Positions 46,101 through 54,364 of a DNA stretch of 64,000 nt are shown piece after piece. Where the stretch lies: positions 2,560,001-2,624,000 of the forward strand of contig OZ244048.1 in the NCBI GenBank assembly GCA_965215265.1. The letters are read 5' to 3'. Both the position numbers and the translations under genes were made by a program. A model generated the notes under the pieces. That model made no database searches. It saw nothing but the letters and a program-made list of their open reading frames with translations, and was not told where the DNA came from. The DNA is from Candidatus Poribacteria bacterium (GTDB taxonomy: Bacteria; Poribacteria; WGA-4E; WGA-3G). Numbering within the stretch: the first letter of the stretch is position 1; each line of letters begins with the position of its first letter.

Positions 46101-46742
46101 GTTATGCTCCAATCCGAACGCATGGCCGAGTTCATGCGCAACGACAGTCAAAGTCCAACTATCAGGTTCAAAGGGTGTATTCTCAGTTATAGAATGTTCT
46201 TGCGCAACGACAGTCGAAGTCCAACAGTAGATGTGTACATAACCTCCGGACCCGCCGCCACCGCCGATACCGCAGACAGGGAATTCAGTATCCTGGGTCT
46301 CTATCATAACGAGAGTGATACGCCCCACTTCGGATATGTCAACATGTGCGTGGATTTCTTCATTCCACGCCAATATATTATTCCCATGATGTGCGTGATC
46401 AAGGATTTCTTCATTCCATGAGGCTCTTGTATTATTCAGATAATGTGCGTGATCAAATTTCCCCACTACATGATGTATGGTCGCATTTCCACGTGCATCG
46501 GTTTCAAACGCAAAGGTTTTTCTGCCGAAACCGTGAGCTTCCATCTCGTCGGCGAAGTAACGTTGTGCTTGCTTTATTAACGCGTCAATCTCTGCGTCTA
46601 CATTGTCGCGGGCGGGCATGTCGCGGGCGCGGAAGTAGACGATTTGGACTACCGGCCGGTGTTCTGGTGCCGATGCCACTGGGTGTGTGAAAAAAAGGAG
46701 TGTCAGACAAACGAACCCGATTGAAATCAATTTTCTCTTCAT
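43176..46742 (-). CDS. Secreted zinc-metallopeptidase + internalin-like LRR + Ig-like + dockerin + FlgD-Ig-like C-terminal domain protein
   Basis: Signal peptide. 'HELGHAFGLEH...SIMSY' metzincin motif. 22-aa LRRs 'LAGLTQLTSLNLWGNAITDISP'. 'DVNGDG' x2. C-terminus 'NYPNPFNPETWIPY...ATRKMLIRK'. Confidence 0.92.
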   Translation of the reverse strand: MKRKLISIGFVCLTLLFFTHPVASAPEHRPVVQIVYFRARDMPARDNVDAEIDALIKQAQRYFADEMEAHGFGRKTFAFETDARGNATIHHVVGKFDHAHYLNNTRASWNEEILDHAHHGNNILAWNEEIHAHVDISEVGRITLVMIETQDTEFPVCGIGGGGGSGGYVHIYCWTSTVVAQEHSITENTPFEPDSWTLTVVAHELGHAFGLEHNFGSDTSIMSYDGDLSRLSECDAAFLDVHRAFNTDPTDFEDRRTAVKMLAASLAAPPNAIRLRFEVTEPDGLYQAQVLTKTLAGQAKGFWEVLECKTFNGTARSKVEVEIVTTRLSPQNKVVGLSVMDVRGNTFTTWDGFPIDVVSLLPPPEAVFIPDANLAAAVQESLGLARRTALTTHAMLALTHLNAPNRQITDLTGLEHARSLRALSLGGEYIAGEGLVNSNAVTDLSPLKKLTQLISLDLGDNAISDVSVLSGLTQLTDLSLSGNPITDFSALAGLTQLTSLNGISDISALLRLIQLPPEAIFIPDANLAAAVQESLGLARRTALTTHAMLALTHLEAPNRQITDLTGLEHARHLRRLNLGGEYIAGEGFVNSNAVTDLSPLEKLTQLTYLYLRDNTITDISPLAGLTQLKSLNLWGNAITDISPLSGLTQLTYFLNLRDNTITDISPLAGLTQLTYLYLGGNPITDISPLAGLTQLKSLELWDNPITDISPLSGLTQLTSLGLSYNGISDISPLAGLTQLTSLNLWGNAITDISPLAGLTQLTSLYLGNNAITDVSVLSGLTQLTSLYLVNNAITDVSVLSGLTQLTFLNLGNNSISDVSVLSGLTQLTFLNLGNNSILDISTLSGLTQLTELRLRYNPLNHAAIHTHIPALQANGVNVTFDPNPQAALVKISGESQEGEAGTQLPRAFVISAQDEHGKPMSGVSVQFTVTEGGGRLLATTATTNANGRAQSTLILGANPGVNQVRVTAAEIRYPVTFSARSTIPMPLAVDVNGDGLVTIADLELVTLRLGQTGTDSADVNGDGVVDLQDWIAVAEALGDAASPAARAVTLSGRSVAELQHWLDEARHSALTDPAQQRVVAILEQLLAALLPKETALLPNYPNPFNPETWIPYQLSAPGPVTLTIYGVAGKVVRRLEVGYQPAGSYRQKGRAAYWDGCNTLGEPVASGIYFYTLTAPDFIATRKMLIRK
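44170..44960 (-). repeat. Tandem 66-bp LRR-encoding array
   Basis: About 12 units containing agttgtgtta at 66-bp period (one unit of 69 bp). Confidence 0.92.
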
Positions 46743-46862
46743 AAAAAAACCTCTTGCTTTTGAAACCTTTCATTTTTGAGATATTTTGCGGAGGTGCCGG
46801 TTTTGCACCGTCTCCGAAATTTTGGCGACAGGTGCTGTTCGGGGAGCAGGGGCAGTAAGCCC

Positions 46863-46913
46863 CTACTTCCGGATGAGCATCTTCCGTGTTGCTACGAAAT
46901 CCCCTACTGTTAA
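46863..46913 (-). pseudogene. Orphan 3' fragment of a C-terminal-domain gene (LTVGDFVATRKMLIRK*)
   Basis: Manual translation nearly matches the C-terminus of 43176-46742 (LTAPDFIATRKMLIRK*). It is out of frame with the upstream DUF350 gene and has no nearby start codon. Confidence 0.75.
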
Positions 46914-46945
46914 AAGGATAGGGCGACGCGCTCGTGCATACCGGG

Positions 46946-47284
46946 CTAACCCATTGCCGCAGCAACAATAATGCCCAGCGAAATCAGCACACCTGCAACC
47001 GCAACACCCGCAGCGACGTTATTTTCTTCGGCGATCTGGCGGTTCAAATCGTACGGCGTTGCGATATCAAAAACCTTATAGCCTATCATGAGCACCACTA
47101 AACCTACGATGCTAAACACAATCCCTTCAATGATGAATCCGGCTAAAACTTTGAAGTTCACCATAGGTGCGTCTTGCACTGCCCCGGGAGCGTCTTGTGC
47201 ATTCGCCTGGGTTCCTAATAGTGCAAGCGCGACGATGGATACTATCACGAAACAGAACGTGGTCGATACAATTTTCTTAGTCAT
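46946..47284 (-). CDS. DUF350 membrane protein
   Basis: 'GYKVFDIATPYDLNRQIAEENNVAAGVAVAG..ISLGIIVAAA'. Confidence 0.88.
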   Translation of the reverse strand: MTKKIVSTTFCFVIVSIVALALLGTQANAQDAPGAVQDAPMVNFKVLAGFIIEGIVFSIVGLVVLMIGYKVFDIATPYDLNRQIAEENNVAAGVAVAGVLISLGIIVAAAMG

Positions 47285-47344
47285 TTCGAGTTCCTTTGTG
47301 TAATGTGCGGCATATTATACCGTGTTACACAGTTTTTACAATTC

Positions 47345-47430
47345 TTTTTGTATACTGGAGCCCTACAACGCTTTATGCATTGTAAAGTCCTGTATAAATC
47401 TCGTCGGAGCCTTTCTAGGTTATGGATCTA
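47345..47430. repeat. Copy of the dispersed ~80-bp repeat arm
   Basis: TTTTTGTATACTGGAGCCCTACAACGC...TGTATAAATCTCGTCGGAGCC. Confidence 0.75.
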
Positions 47431-47476
47431 ATAAATTGCCTATAGTTATAACGCTTGCGCGCCTCTATAAGCCTGT

Positions 47477-50400
47477 TTATGGTTTGACAAGTTCGAACTG
47501 CACGTCCACTGTTGGGTGCAGGTATTTTATGAGTATGGTGTTTTTCTCTTCAAGATAGCACCAGCCGGAAGTAGCGGTTTCGAGCGTTTCTACCGTTGGA
47601 ATCTCGGTGGTGGTGATGGCGTAATTTTTCTCGCCGCGCAATTGCCGGTATCGCGTACGAACTGCCTTTGGGGCGCGTTTGTACCCGGCGATGAGTGTAT
47701 AACTGGTTTGGTTTTCTGCGTAGCTGAGATTCCAAGAGAGCTGCCCGGTCTTTGCATCTAGGGTAAGCCCTTCTACATTTGCGCCGGAGCTGACGTGGGC
47801 TCCATCCACGATGGCAGTTTTTATGCCCGGATCCAGTCCGAGAAGCGTATAGACATTTACCATAATATCTTCTGGATTGAGGTGTGGACCGCGCCGTTCG
47901 GTACAAAATCCGTAGAACCCATCTGGATAGGTTCCTTTGCGTTCACCATCGGCCCACTGCTGATACATTGCACTGACGGTGATACCCTCCGCGACTTGTT
48001 GCCACAACGTCTTGCTTTTTCGAGTTTTGGTATTTTTTAAGCGCGCGAAGTGTTGTAAATAGTAGGCAAAAACCAAGCCGTTCCATTGGACAGGCACGCC
48101 AAACCATGGATGTGTGTAAAAAGTCGTACCGAAAACGGGGATTGATGCAAAGAGCATGCCGGGCCGGTCAGGTAGATGCCATTGGTAGAGAAACGGCAAG
48201 CCGGTCTTAGCCCAATGTTCGGCGTGCCTGAGATTCGCTTTATCGCCGGCGATTTGGTACGCCTCAGCGTATGCGCCGATTGCAAGGGCAGCAGCGAGGA
48301 GGTCCGGTTGATACATGGGGCATTCCCACAGCTGCGCCCCGCGTGGAATGGTGAATTTCTTCATGAATGCGAGTGCCTTGAAACCTGCGTCTCGTGATGT
48401 TTTATCCCCGGTAATCCGGGCATGTTTGAGAAGCGTCAGCGCGTGCCCGGTGCATGTGCCAAGTACTGCCTCTCCGGGGGTGCCCAAGGTTGCGGTTTTC
48501 TCATTTGTTGGCTGCCACCGCCAGCTGCCGTCCGCTTCTTGGGTGTCAATCAGTTGTCGTGTTTCTGCTTGCATGTAATCCAATGCTGCGTCGAGGTGTC
48601 CGACATAGAACGGGAATTCCCAGTTCAAAATATGAGATGAGCCGCGTGCGGCTAAGGCAGCTGGGCCGGACTCGGCACACGTATTTTTTGCGATAGTCTC
48701 TACGCGTGCTTTTACCGTCTCATCGCTGGTAGCCAGATAATCGTACCAGAGCAACGTTCCGAACCCGGGTTCATTATGTGCTGGCCAATCGATACAGTGG
48801 CGCGATTTCTGCGTATCGGCATCCCATGTGGTATGCATAAATCCGTGCCGTGAAAGCAGGAGTTCCTCCTCATCACTCCGGGGCGGCTCCAGCGGTTTTG
48901 GTGTACCGTAGGCATCGTGCCAATGCGCGATTGCATCTAAAATATCCGCTTTTCCGTCAACGATCAGCTCGCTTTTAATGGAGAGCAGCTGCCCGCCTTG
49001 TAGCGAATACGGTGTCGTGGCAACCGTCTGATTTTCCGCAACCCATTCAGGGACAGTCGGGAGAAATAGGCCCATCAACGTATTTTTCTGATGCTGATGC
49101 CAATTCGGCGAGGCAAATATCGCGGATAGCATCTTGTTTTCTCCATCCCAGCTATCCAGTGGATTCCAGATAAGGCCAACCAGTGAATTCTGCATCTCTA
49201 CCGCCATGAGCGGCACGGTAATTTTATAAGGATGCGGGACTAAGCGATTGTGGAGCGGTGGGGCAGCATCACGTGGGTTTGAGGAACGTTCCGTTTTGTC
49301 TAAAAATTCAAGCCCGGGGAATAGGGCAGCGGTTTTTCTGTCCCCATTTTGCCCAGGCACCGCGGCATAGAGCATCGGACCCTGGAAGGCGAGGAGGTCC
49401 ACTTTTTGACTCGCTTCTAACTGGAATTCAGTTCTGACCCGTTTTGCCTTTTCCGTGAGTACCCACGTGCCACGATAGTTCCACGTTACGCCATCGGCAT
49501 CGACATGTTCACCGGCTATATGGATGATGGATTCACCACTATTTCCGGCTAAGCGATACCCGGTTGGGACGAATCGGAAAGTCTGGTGCTGTTTTTGGCT
49601 ATCGATGTAGGTAACTTCAGAGAGCGCGGGACAGGTGGCTACCTGATGATAGGTGCTGCCTTTCGCGACGAAAAGGACGTAGTACTCAAAACCTTCGGGT
49701 GCAGCTTGTGAACGGGTATCATTTTTCTTTGAACCACCAGCACTCCTACCGTTGACAAAAACGAGGCGGAGATGCTTGTTTCCGATGACGATGTGCCCAG
49801 CTTGATTAAAGGTATGGAGCTCTGGAACCACTTGATCAGAGAGCTTCGGCAGTGCTGGACGAATTGCAATGTTCCCTGCTGTGGTGTGCCGTTCTTCTCC
49901 TGCGGATGTTTGTGACTTAACGGAGACGGAGAATTTGACGGGCATAGGCTGCGCGTGACGGCGCGGGAACCAAGAGATGATAGTTTCTTCACCGGTAGCA
50001 AGTTTTTTGATGTTTTGTGTGTGCCGGCCGCGCCGGAGCTTCACGCCGTTGATGACAAGTCGTGCGATATCGGCTTTTCCAAGGGGTGCCTCGCCTATAT
50101 TCCGTACGGTACATTGCAGCTCAAAATCTTCGCCTGCTTGGACAACGGCGGCTGTAGCACCGACACTCGTAATCTCCAGTTTCGGTTGTGCGGCGTAGAG
50201 TGCCAATGCTACAATTTGCGAAGATATTGGTGGGGACTTCTCGGAATTCACAATCTGTGCGTGGATATCCGCTGCTAATTCCGAGACACGCGTTCCATCA
50301 GGTACGCTAAATTCCAGCAGTTGCGGCTTTTCATCAGAGAAACGTGCGAGCGCAGTGCCGCAGTAGAGCGTAGGTTCCTTATCGCCTCTCGCTTTTCGCA

Positions 50401-51235
50401 GCGGCATCTGTGTGAGTTTTAGCAATTGCGGTTTGCCCCACAAAGCCCACGCGTAGTTACTATTGCCTTGAATATGACACTCGGTGAGAAAAGAGAGGAC
50501 AATCTGTTGACCGGCGTATTCGGTTAACTCGATGTCGTGTTCTGTCCAGCGGCATTCCGTTGAAACCGATTCAAAGCAGCATTCACCTGAAATGTGAATA
50601 GCAAATTTTACCCCTCCAGGGGACCGCGCTGTATCGTCAAATATAACCCCGTCTCTTAAACCGGTACTAAAATGGAGAAAGAACTTCGTATCGGTTTTAT
50701 TAATCTCGGGGAGCGAAATTTTATAGTCAATTCGTGCGGCATCGGTAGCGGTTGGGTGCGCAAAAATCGCGGGTTTCGTCACGCCGCCGGCCCTGTCTGC
50801 TGTGCTTGCGGAGGCTTGCTCTGCGCCTGTGTGCTTGCTCTTTTCAAACATCGCCACGAAATCGTATAGCTTCTCACTGACACCGACTGCAGGGGGCCCT
50901 AGCTTCCGCTCAGTAGGCGGAATAGGGGGTTTCGCGCTCGCTTCCTGACTCGCCTTCTCCTCGGTTTTTACCTGTTTTTCTTGCTGGTTAGCAGACTCTT
51001 GCACAATCTCATCAATAGGTTCCGGGGCAGCGTGCTCGTTGTCAGATGCGTTCTCGGCAGCAGCGTGCGGGTTCTCATCCGCGCTTGCGGTGTGAGTGCG
51101 AGTGCCGGTTTCAAAATGCACGTCCTTATCTTCTGCAGCAGCTTTTTCATCGGCAGAAATAGCCGGGTCTATTCCGTCAGAATCTGATTGTTTTTCGTCA
51201 GATAGACTTTCAAGTTGCTCTGTAGAAGTCAGCAT
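47477..51235 (-). CDS. Large hypothetical protein: acidic N-terminus, carbohydrate-binding-like beta domain, CARDB-like domain, C-terminal alpha/alpha-barrel-like region
   Basis: 1252-aa ORF abutting the upstream stop (TAG-ATG). 'SDGVIF'-type jelly-roll pattern 'LRDGVIF...YAWALWGKPQL', 'LQCTVRNIGEAP', 'LIDTQEADGSW'. Confidence 0.75.
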   Translation of the reverse strand: MLTSTEQLESLSDEKQSDSDGIDPAISADEKAAAEDKDVHFETGTRTHTASADENPHAAAENASDNEHAAPEPIDEIVQESANQQEKQVKTEEKASQEASAKPPIPPTERKLGPPAVGVSEKLYDFVAMFEKSKHTGAEQASASTADRAGGVTKPAIFAHPTATDAARIDYKISLPEINKTDTKFFLHFSTGLRDGVIFDDTARSPGGVKFAIHISGECCFESVSTECRWTEHDIELTEYAGQQIVLSFLTECHIQGNSNYAWALWGKPQLLKLTQMPLRKARGDKEPTLYCGTALARFSDEKPQLLEFSVPDGTRVSELAADIHAQIVNSEKSPPISSQIVALALYAAQPKLEITSVGATAAVVQAGEDFELQCTVRNIGEAPLGKADIARLVINGVKLRRGRHTQNIKKLATGEETIISWFPRRHAQPMPVKFSVSVKSQTSAGEERHTTAGNIAIRPALPKLSDQVVPELHTFNQAGHIVIGNKHLRLVFVNGRSAGGSKKNDTRSQAAPEGFEYYVLFVAKGSTYHQVATCPALSEVTYIDSQKQHQTFRFVPTGYRLAGNSGESIIHIAGEHVDADGVTWNYRGTWVLTEKAKRVRTEFQLEASQKVDLLAFQGPMLYAAVPGQNGDRKTAALFPGLEFLDKTERSSNPRDAAPPLHNRLVPHPYKITVPLMAVEMQNSLVGLIWNPLDSWDGENKMLSAIFASPNWHQHQKNTLMGLFLPTVPEWVAENQTVATTPYSLQGGQLLSIKSELIVDGKADILDAIAHWHDAYGTPKPLEPPRSDEEELLLSRHGFMHTTWDADTQKSRHCIDWPAHNEPGFGTLLWYDYLATSDETVKARVETIAKNTCAESGPAALAARGSSHILNWEFPFYVGHLDAALDYMQAETRQLIDTQEADGSWRWQPTNEKTATLGTPGEAVLGTCTGHALTLLKHARITGDKTSRDAGFKALAFMKKFTIPRGAQLWECPMYQPDLLAAALAIGAYAEAYQIAGDKANLRHAEHWAKTGLPFLYQWHLPDRPGMLFASIPVFGTTFYTHPWFGVPVQWNGLVFAYYLQHFARLKNTKTRKSKTLWQQVAEGITVSAMYQQWADGERKGTYPDGFYGFCTERRGPHLNPEDIMVNVYTLLGLDPGIKTAIVDGAHVSSGANVEGLTLDAKTGQLSWNLSYAENQTSYTLIAGYKRAPKAVRTRYRQLRGEKNYAITTTEIPTVETLETATSGWCYLEEKNTILIKYLHPTVDVQFELVKP

Positions 51236-52384
51236 CTATTCTTTTTCACTCCATTTCTGTTTCATGATTTGCATTTCTGCGGTAAGCGTGGGTTCGTTAT
51301 GAGACGTTCGTGCGTGCGGGTTAATCTGCCATTCGCCTGACTCGTCTCTGTAAACTGGCTGTCGTTGCGCAACTGGCAATATGCCAAAGGGAGTGTGCGG
51401 CTCAATCTGGTACCAATAGGCGACAGAAGATGTCTCATTGCTGAGATGATTGCCGTGGCCGTGTTCAATCGTCACGCGAATTTCTTTCTCAAACCGTACC
51501 GGATTTTCTAAGTGAAAAACGTAGGAGGTCTGGTATCCATCGGTATGATTTTCGTGAATAGATGAACCGTTATGTGCGAACGCATTGGGTTGCATGCCCC
51601 AGGCTTGATTGAGATAGTCTTCGGAGCCGGTTCCGTGCAAATCAGGTGGCCATTTGTAACCGTCAACCCAAATCATATCGTCGCCTTCACCCCACCATGT
51701 GCCTTGGAAGTTGGTAATAGAGAGGTTACAGCCGATATAGTGGCCGGTGCCCTGTGCGTCCAAAATGCGGTAGTTGTTGTGCCATGCGAGCCGTTCTGTA
51801 TTCACAATATTCGCTTCGGGTGTATTGACGTGGATTTCGTGGCCCCATCCATCAGATGGATTTTCACGATGGAACTGCGCGTGGAAATAAGCAACATCGT
51901 CTCCGTGAGGCGCGTCGTATTGTTCATAGTCAATGTAGAAATATTGGCGGTGTGAGCTGTCGCCTTCATTGACGAGTTCAATCCGGGCGGTTTTGTTGAA
52001 AGGCATTTGTACATAGCAGTTCAGTGCACATCCTGAGTTGAATTCATTGTTGTGATGCGTAGAAGCGGAGAAGAGCATAGAATCGTAGGAGTTGACGATT
52101 TCGTGGCCGAGCCCAAAGAAATCGCCCAATGGAGCGAGGACGCTCGGGTGTTCCTCATTGTCCCAAAACATGCGGATGAGGACGTTGCGGTAGCCGTTCG
52201 GCTGCGTCATCCAGATATGATTGATACATCCCGGTCCCTGGATATCCGCGAGGACGCGAGTTTCACCTGGCGCAATCTCCCAGGCATCTCTATTCCTGCC
52301 AGTAGTATCCCAAGAAGAGGCACGTGAGGAGTGTGCTTTTTTTACGCGCGTTAATGATGATAAGAGTCCGTCAACATAAGTCAT
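51236..52384 (-). CDS. DUF2961 / glycoside hydrolase family 172 protein
   Basis: 'SSWDTTGRNRD', 'GPGCINHIWMT', 'PLGDFFG', 'WWGEGDD', 'GTGSEDY', 'SSVAYWYQ'. Confidence 0.92.
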   Translation of the reverse strand: MTYVDGLLSSLTRVKKAHSSRASSWDTTGRNRDAWEIAPGETRVLADIQGPGCINHIWMTQPNGYRNVLIRMFWDNEEHPSVLAPLGDFFGLGHEIVNSYDSMLFSASTHHNNEFNSGCALNCYVQMPFNKTARIELVNEGDSSHRQYFYIDYEQYDAPHGDDVAYFHAQFHRENPSDGWGHEIHVNTPEANIVNTERLAWHNNYRILDAQGTGHYIGCNLSITNFQGTWWGEGDDMIWVDGYKWPPDLHGTGSEDYLNQAWGMQPNAFAHNGSSIHENHTDGYQTSYVFHLENPVRFEKEIRVTIEHGHGNHLSNETSSVAYWYQIEPHTPFGILPVAQRQPVYRDESGEWQINPHARTSHNEPTLTAEMQIMKQKWSEKE

Positions 52385-52609
52385 AGTTTTATTTCCAATT
52401 TTTGCGTTAAGGTGCTTTTAGCTCTTCCGTGGTCAGTTTGCCAGATATTTTTCGGCAAGTCTTATTTTATGGAGAATGCCGCATTTGAGGGAATAACGAA
52501 AGGTTCAAGCTACGGGTTCTCAAAATTAATTATAACACATCAAAAAAAAAAGCAATAGGAATTTTGCGAGGCAGCCCCGGTTCAGCACATCAGTACAGGT
52601 GTTTGTTTT

Positions 52610-53422
52610 TTATCCGTCTATGACGGCCTGCATCTTTTCCAATCCAATACGTGCAACCTCTGCTGCGTCTTGTTCCCAATAAGTTGGATTGAAAAGTTCC
52701 AAAGAGATTACGCCTCTATAGTCGGCATCCTGCAAAATGGAGATCATCCGTCTCAGGTCAAGTATGCCGTCTCCCGGATAAACCCGAGCGGCATCGGTTT
52801 GCTCCTCGCGAGCGGGTTGTGCGGGTGCATCATTGAAGTGGAATACCGCGATTTTATCGCCCGGTATTCCTTGCATATCTTCGATTTCTCCGCCACCACG
52901 ATAGATATGAAAGGGGTCGAGGACAATAGTACTATCCGGATGATCGGCGGCTGCTATCACTTCCCATGCGTATTTGACCTGGTTCACCCCGTCAACAAAT
53001 CCGAGAAATTCCATAGCGGGTTTGACCCCGAATTCACGTCCGAGTTCAAGCAGTTCACGGTAATTTTGACCGCCTAATGTCAAATCTGCCAGTTCATGCG
53101 GTGGACTAGCAATGCTGTAAGTAGCGCCGACTGCGGCTGCTTGTGCCATGCGCCGCTTCGCTTCTTCAACAGCGTTTTGATGTTCGGTACCTGTTGTATT
53201 GAGCCAACCGTGCAAGGCGATAACAGTAGGTACCGACAGCCCCTGGTCCTCGACGGCGCTTTTTACATCGGCAAGCGAGCCGCCTTGCGCTTCGTAAGTT
53301 GTCAAGTCGTCGTTCCAGAGTTCAATTGCGGAGTACCCTGTTTCGCCTGCAATCCGGATTTTGTCCATGAGACTCGCTGGGCGAATTGTGCTTGTGTTTA
53401 ATCCTAGCTGAAATTGTGCCAT
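52610..53422 (-). CDS. Sugar phosphate isomerase/epimerase (xylose-isomerase-like TIM barrel)
   Basis: 'AMEFLG', 'LDPFH', 'FHFND', 'RVYPGDG', 'SLELF'. Start set at ATG 53422. Confidence 0.9.
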   Translation of the reverse strand: MAQFQLGLNTSTIRPASLMDKIRIAGETGYSAIELWNDDLTTYEAQGGSLADVKSAVEDQGLSVPTVIALHGWLNTTGTEHQNAVEEAKRRMAQAAAVGATYSIASPPHELADLTLGGQNYRELLELGREFGVKPAMEFLGFVDGVNQVKYAWEVIAAADHPDSTIVLDPFHIYRGGGEIEDMQGIPGDKIAVFHFNDAPAQPAREEQTDAARVYPGDGILDLRRMISILQDADYRGVISLELFNPTYWEQDAAEVARIGLEKMQAVIDG

Positions 53423-53432
53423 TCTGTTTTTC

Positions 53433-54233
53433 CTATTTCTCCAGTAACGCCCGAATAAAGCGGACATCTATTCTGGCAAGATCTATGACGGTGTCGACAG
53501 GTTCGCCGCTGTATTCGCTGTGGAAGCTAATCGGTCCAGTAAAGTCGATTGCTGTCAAAGTGTTAACAGCGGTTTCCCAATCAACGAACCCTTTTCCCAT
53601 GCGTACAACTGAACCGCCTCGCATCCCGGGGGCTCGTGCGAGGTCTTTGAACGCCATCACCGCGAGATGTGATTTGACAATATCGAGTGCCATGTTAATC
53701 GGTTCACCCACGATGGAGAGATGCCCTGTGTCTGCGAAAACGCCCACATGCTGCGGGTCAAAACCCTTGACGAGGTTCATCACTGCGCAAGAATTTAGCC
53801 CCATTGAAGTGCCTGAGTGGTTGTGGATGCATGTGCGGGGTCCGTACTGCTCTGAGAGTTTGGCGAATCCGTGTAATTGACTGCGAATAAAATCGACCTG
53901 TTGCCAATAGCCGCCATTGTCGGCTGTCCAATGCCAATAGCCGAGTTTGATGTTTTCGACACCGGCCTCCCCAGCGGCGGCATAGACACGCCTTGTCTCT
54001 TCGCGCGTCGGTTCTAGAAAATCGCCGGGGGTTGTAATAAGGGGGATAGACAATTCTTCGGCTGCGAACTGCTTTGCAGCAGCAGGCAACGCTGTAGAGG
54101 CGTTTTCGGGATTGACCGGATAGCCCGGGCGGACACACAGGTCTGCACCTTGTACACCGACGGAGTGAAGCCCGTTGATGATGTCAGGAATGTCTAAGCC
54201 TTCTAGATGTTTAGTAAACATGATAAATTTCAT
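53433..54233 (-). CDS. Sugar phosphate isomerase/epimerase (TIM barrel)
   Basis: 'DLCVRPG', 'IHNHSG', 'DTGH', 'AFKD', 'SFHSEY'. Start set at ATG 54233. Confidence 0.88.
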   Translation of the reverse strand: MKFIMFTKHLEGLDIPDIINGLHSVGVQGADLCVRPGYPVNPENASTALPAAAKQFAAEELSIPLITTPGDFLEPTREETRRVYAAAGEAGVENIKLGYWHWTADNGGYWQQVDFIRSQLHGFAKLSEQYGPRTCIHNHSGTSMGLNSCAVMNLVKGFDPQHVGVFADTGHLSIVGEPINMALDIVKSHLAVMAFKDLARAPGMRGGSVVRMGKGFVDWETAVNTLTAIDFTGPISFHSEYSGEPVDTVIDLARIDVRFIRALLEK

Positions 54234-54364
54234 ATTTTTCTCCGTAGGAGCACGTAAAAATCGCAAGCGGAGCATGCTTGATGCCCCTCAGTCGGGATAC
54301 TTTTTTTCATCAAAACGTCTCAAAACGTCTTTATTTTTCCGAAGAAGAGACTTCACGGGACGTT

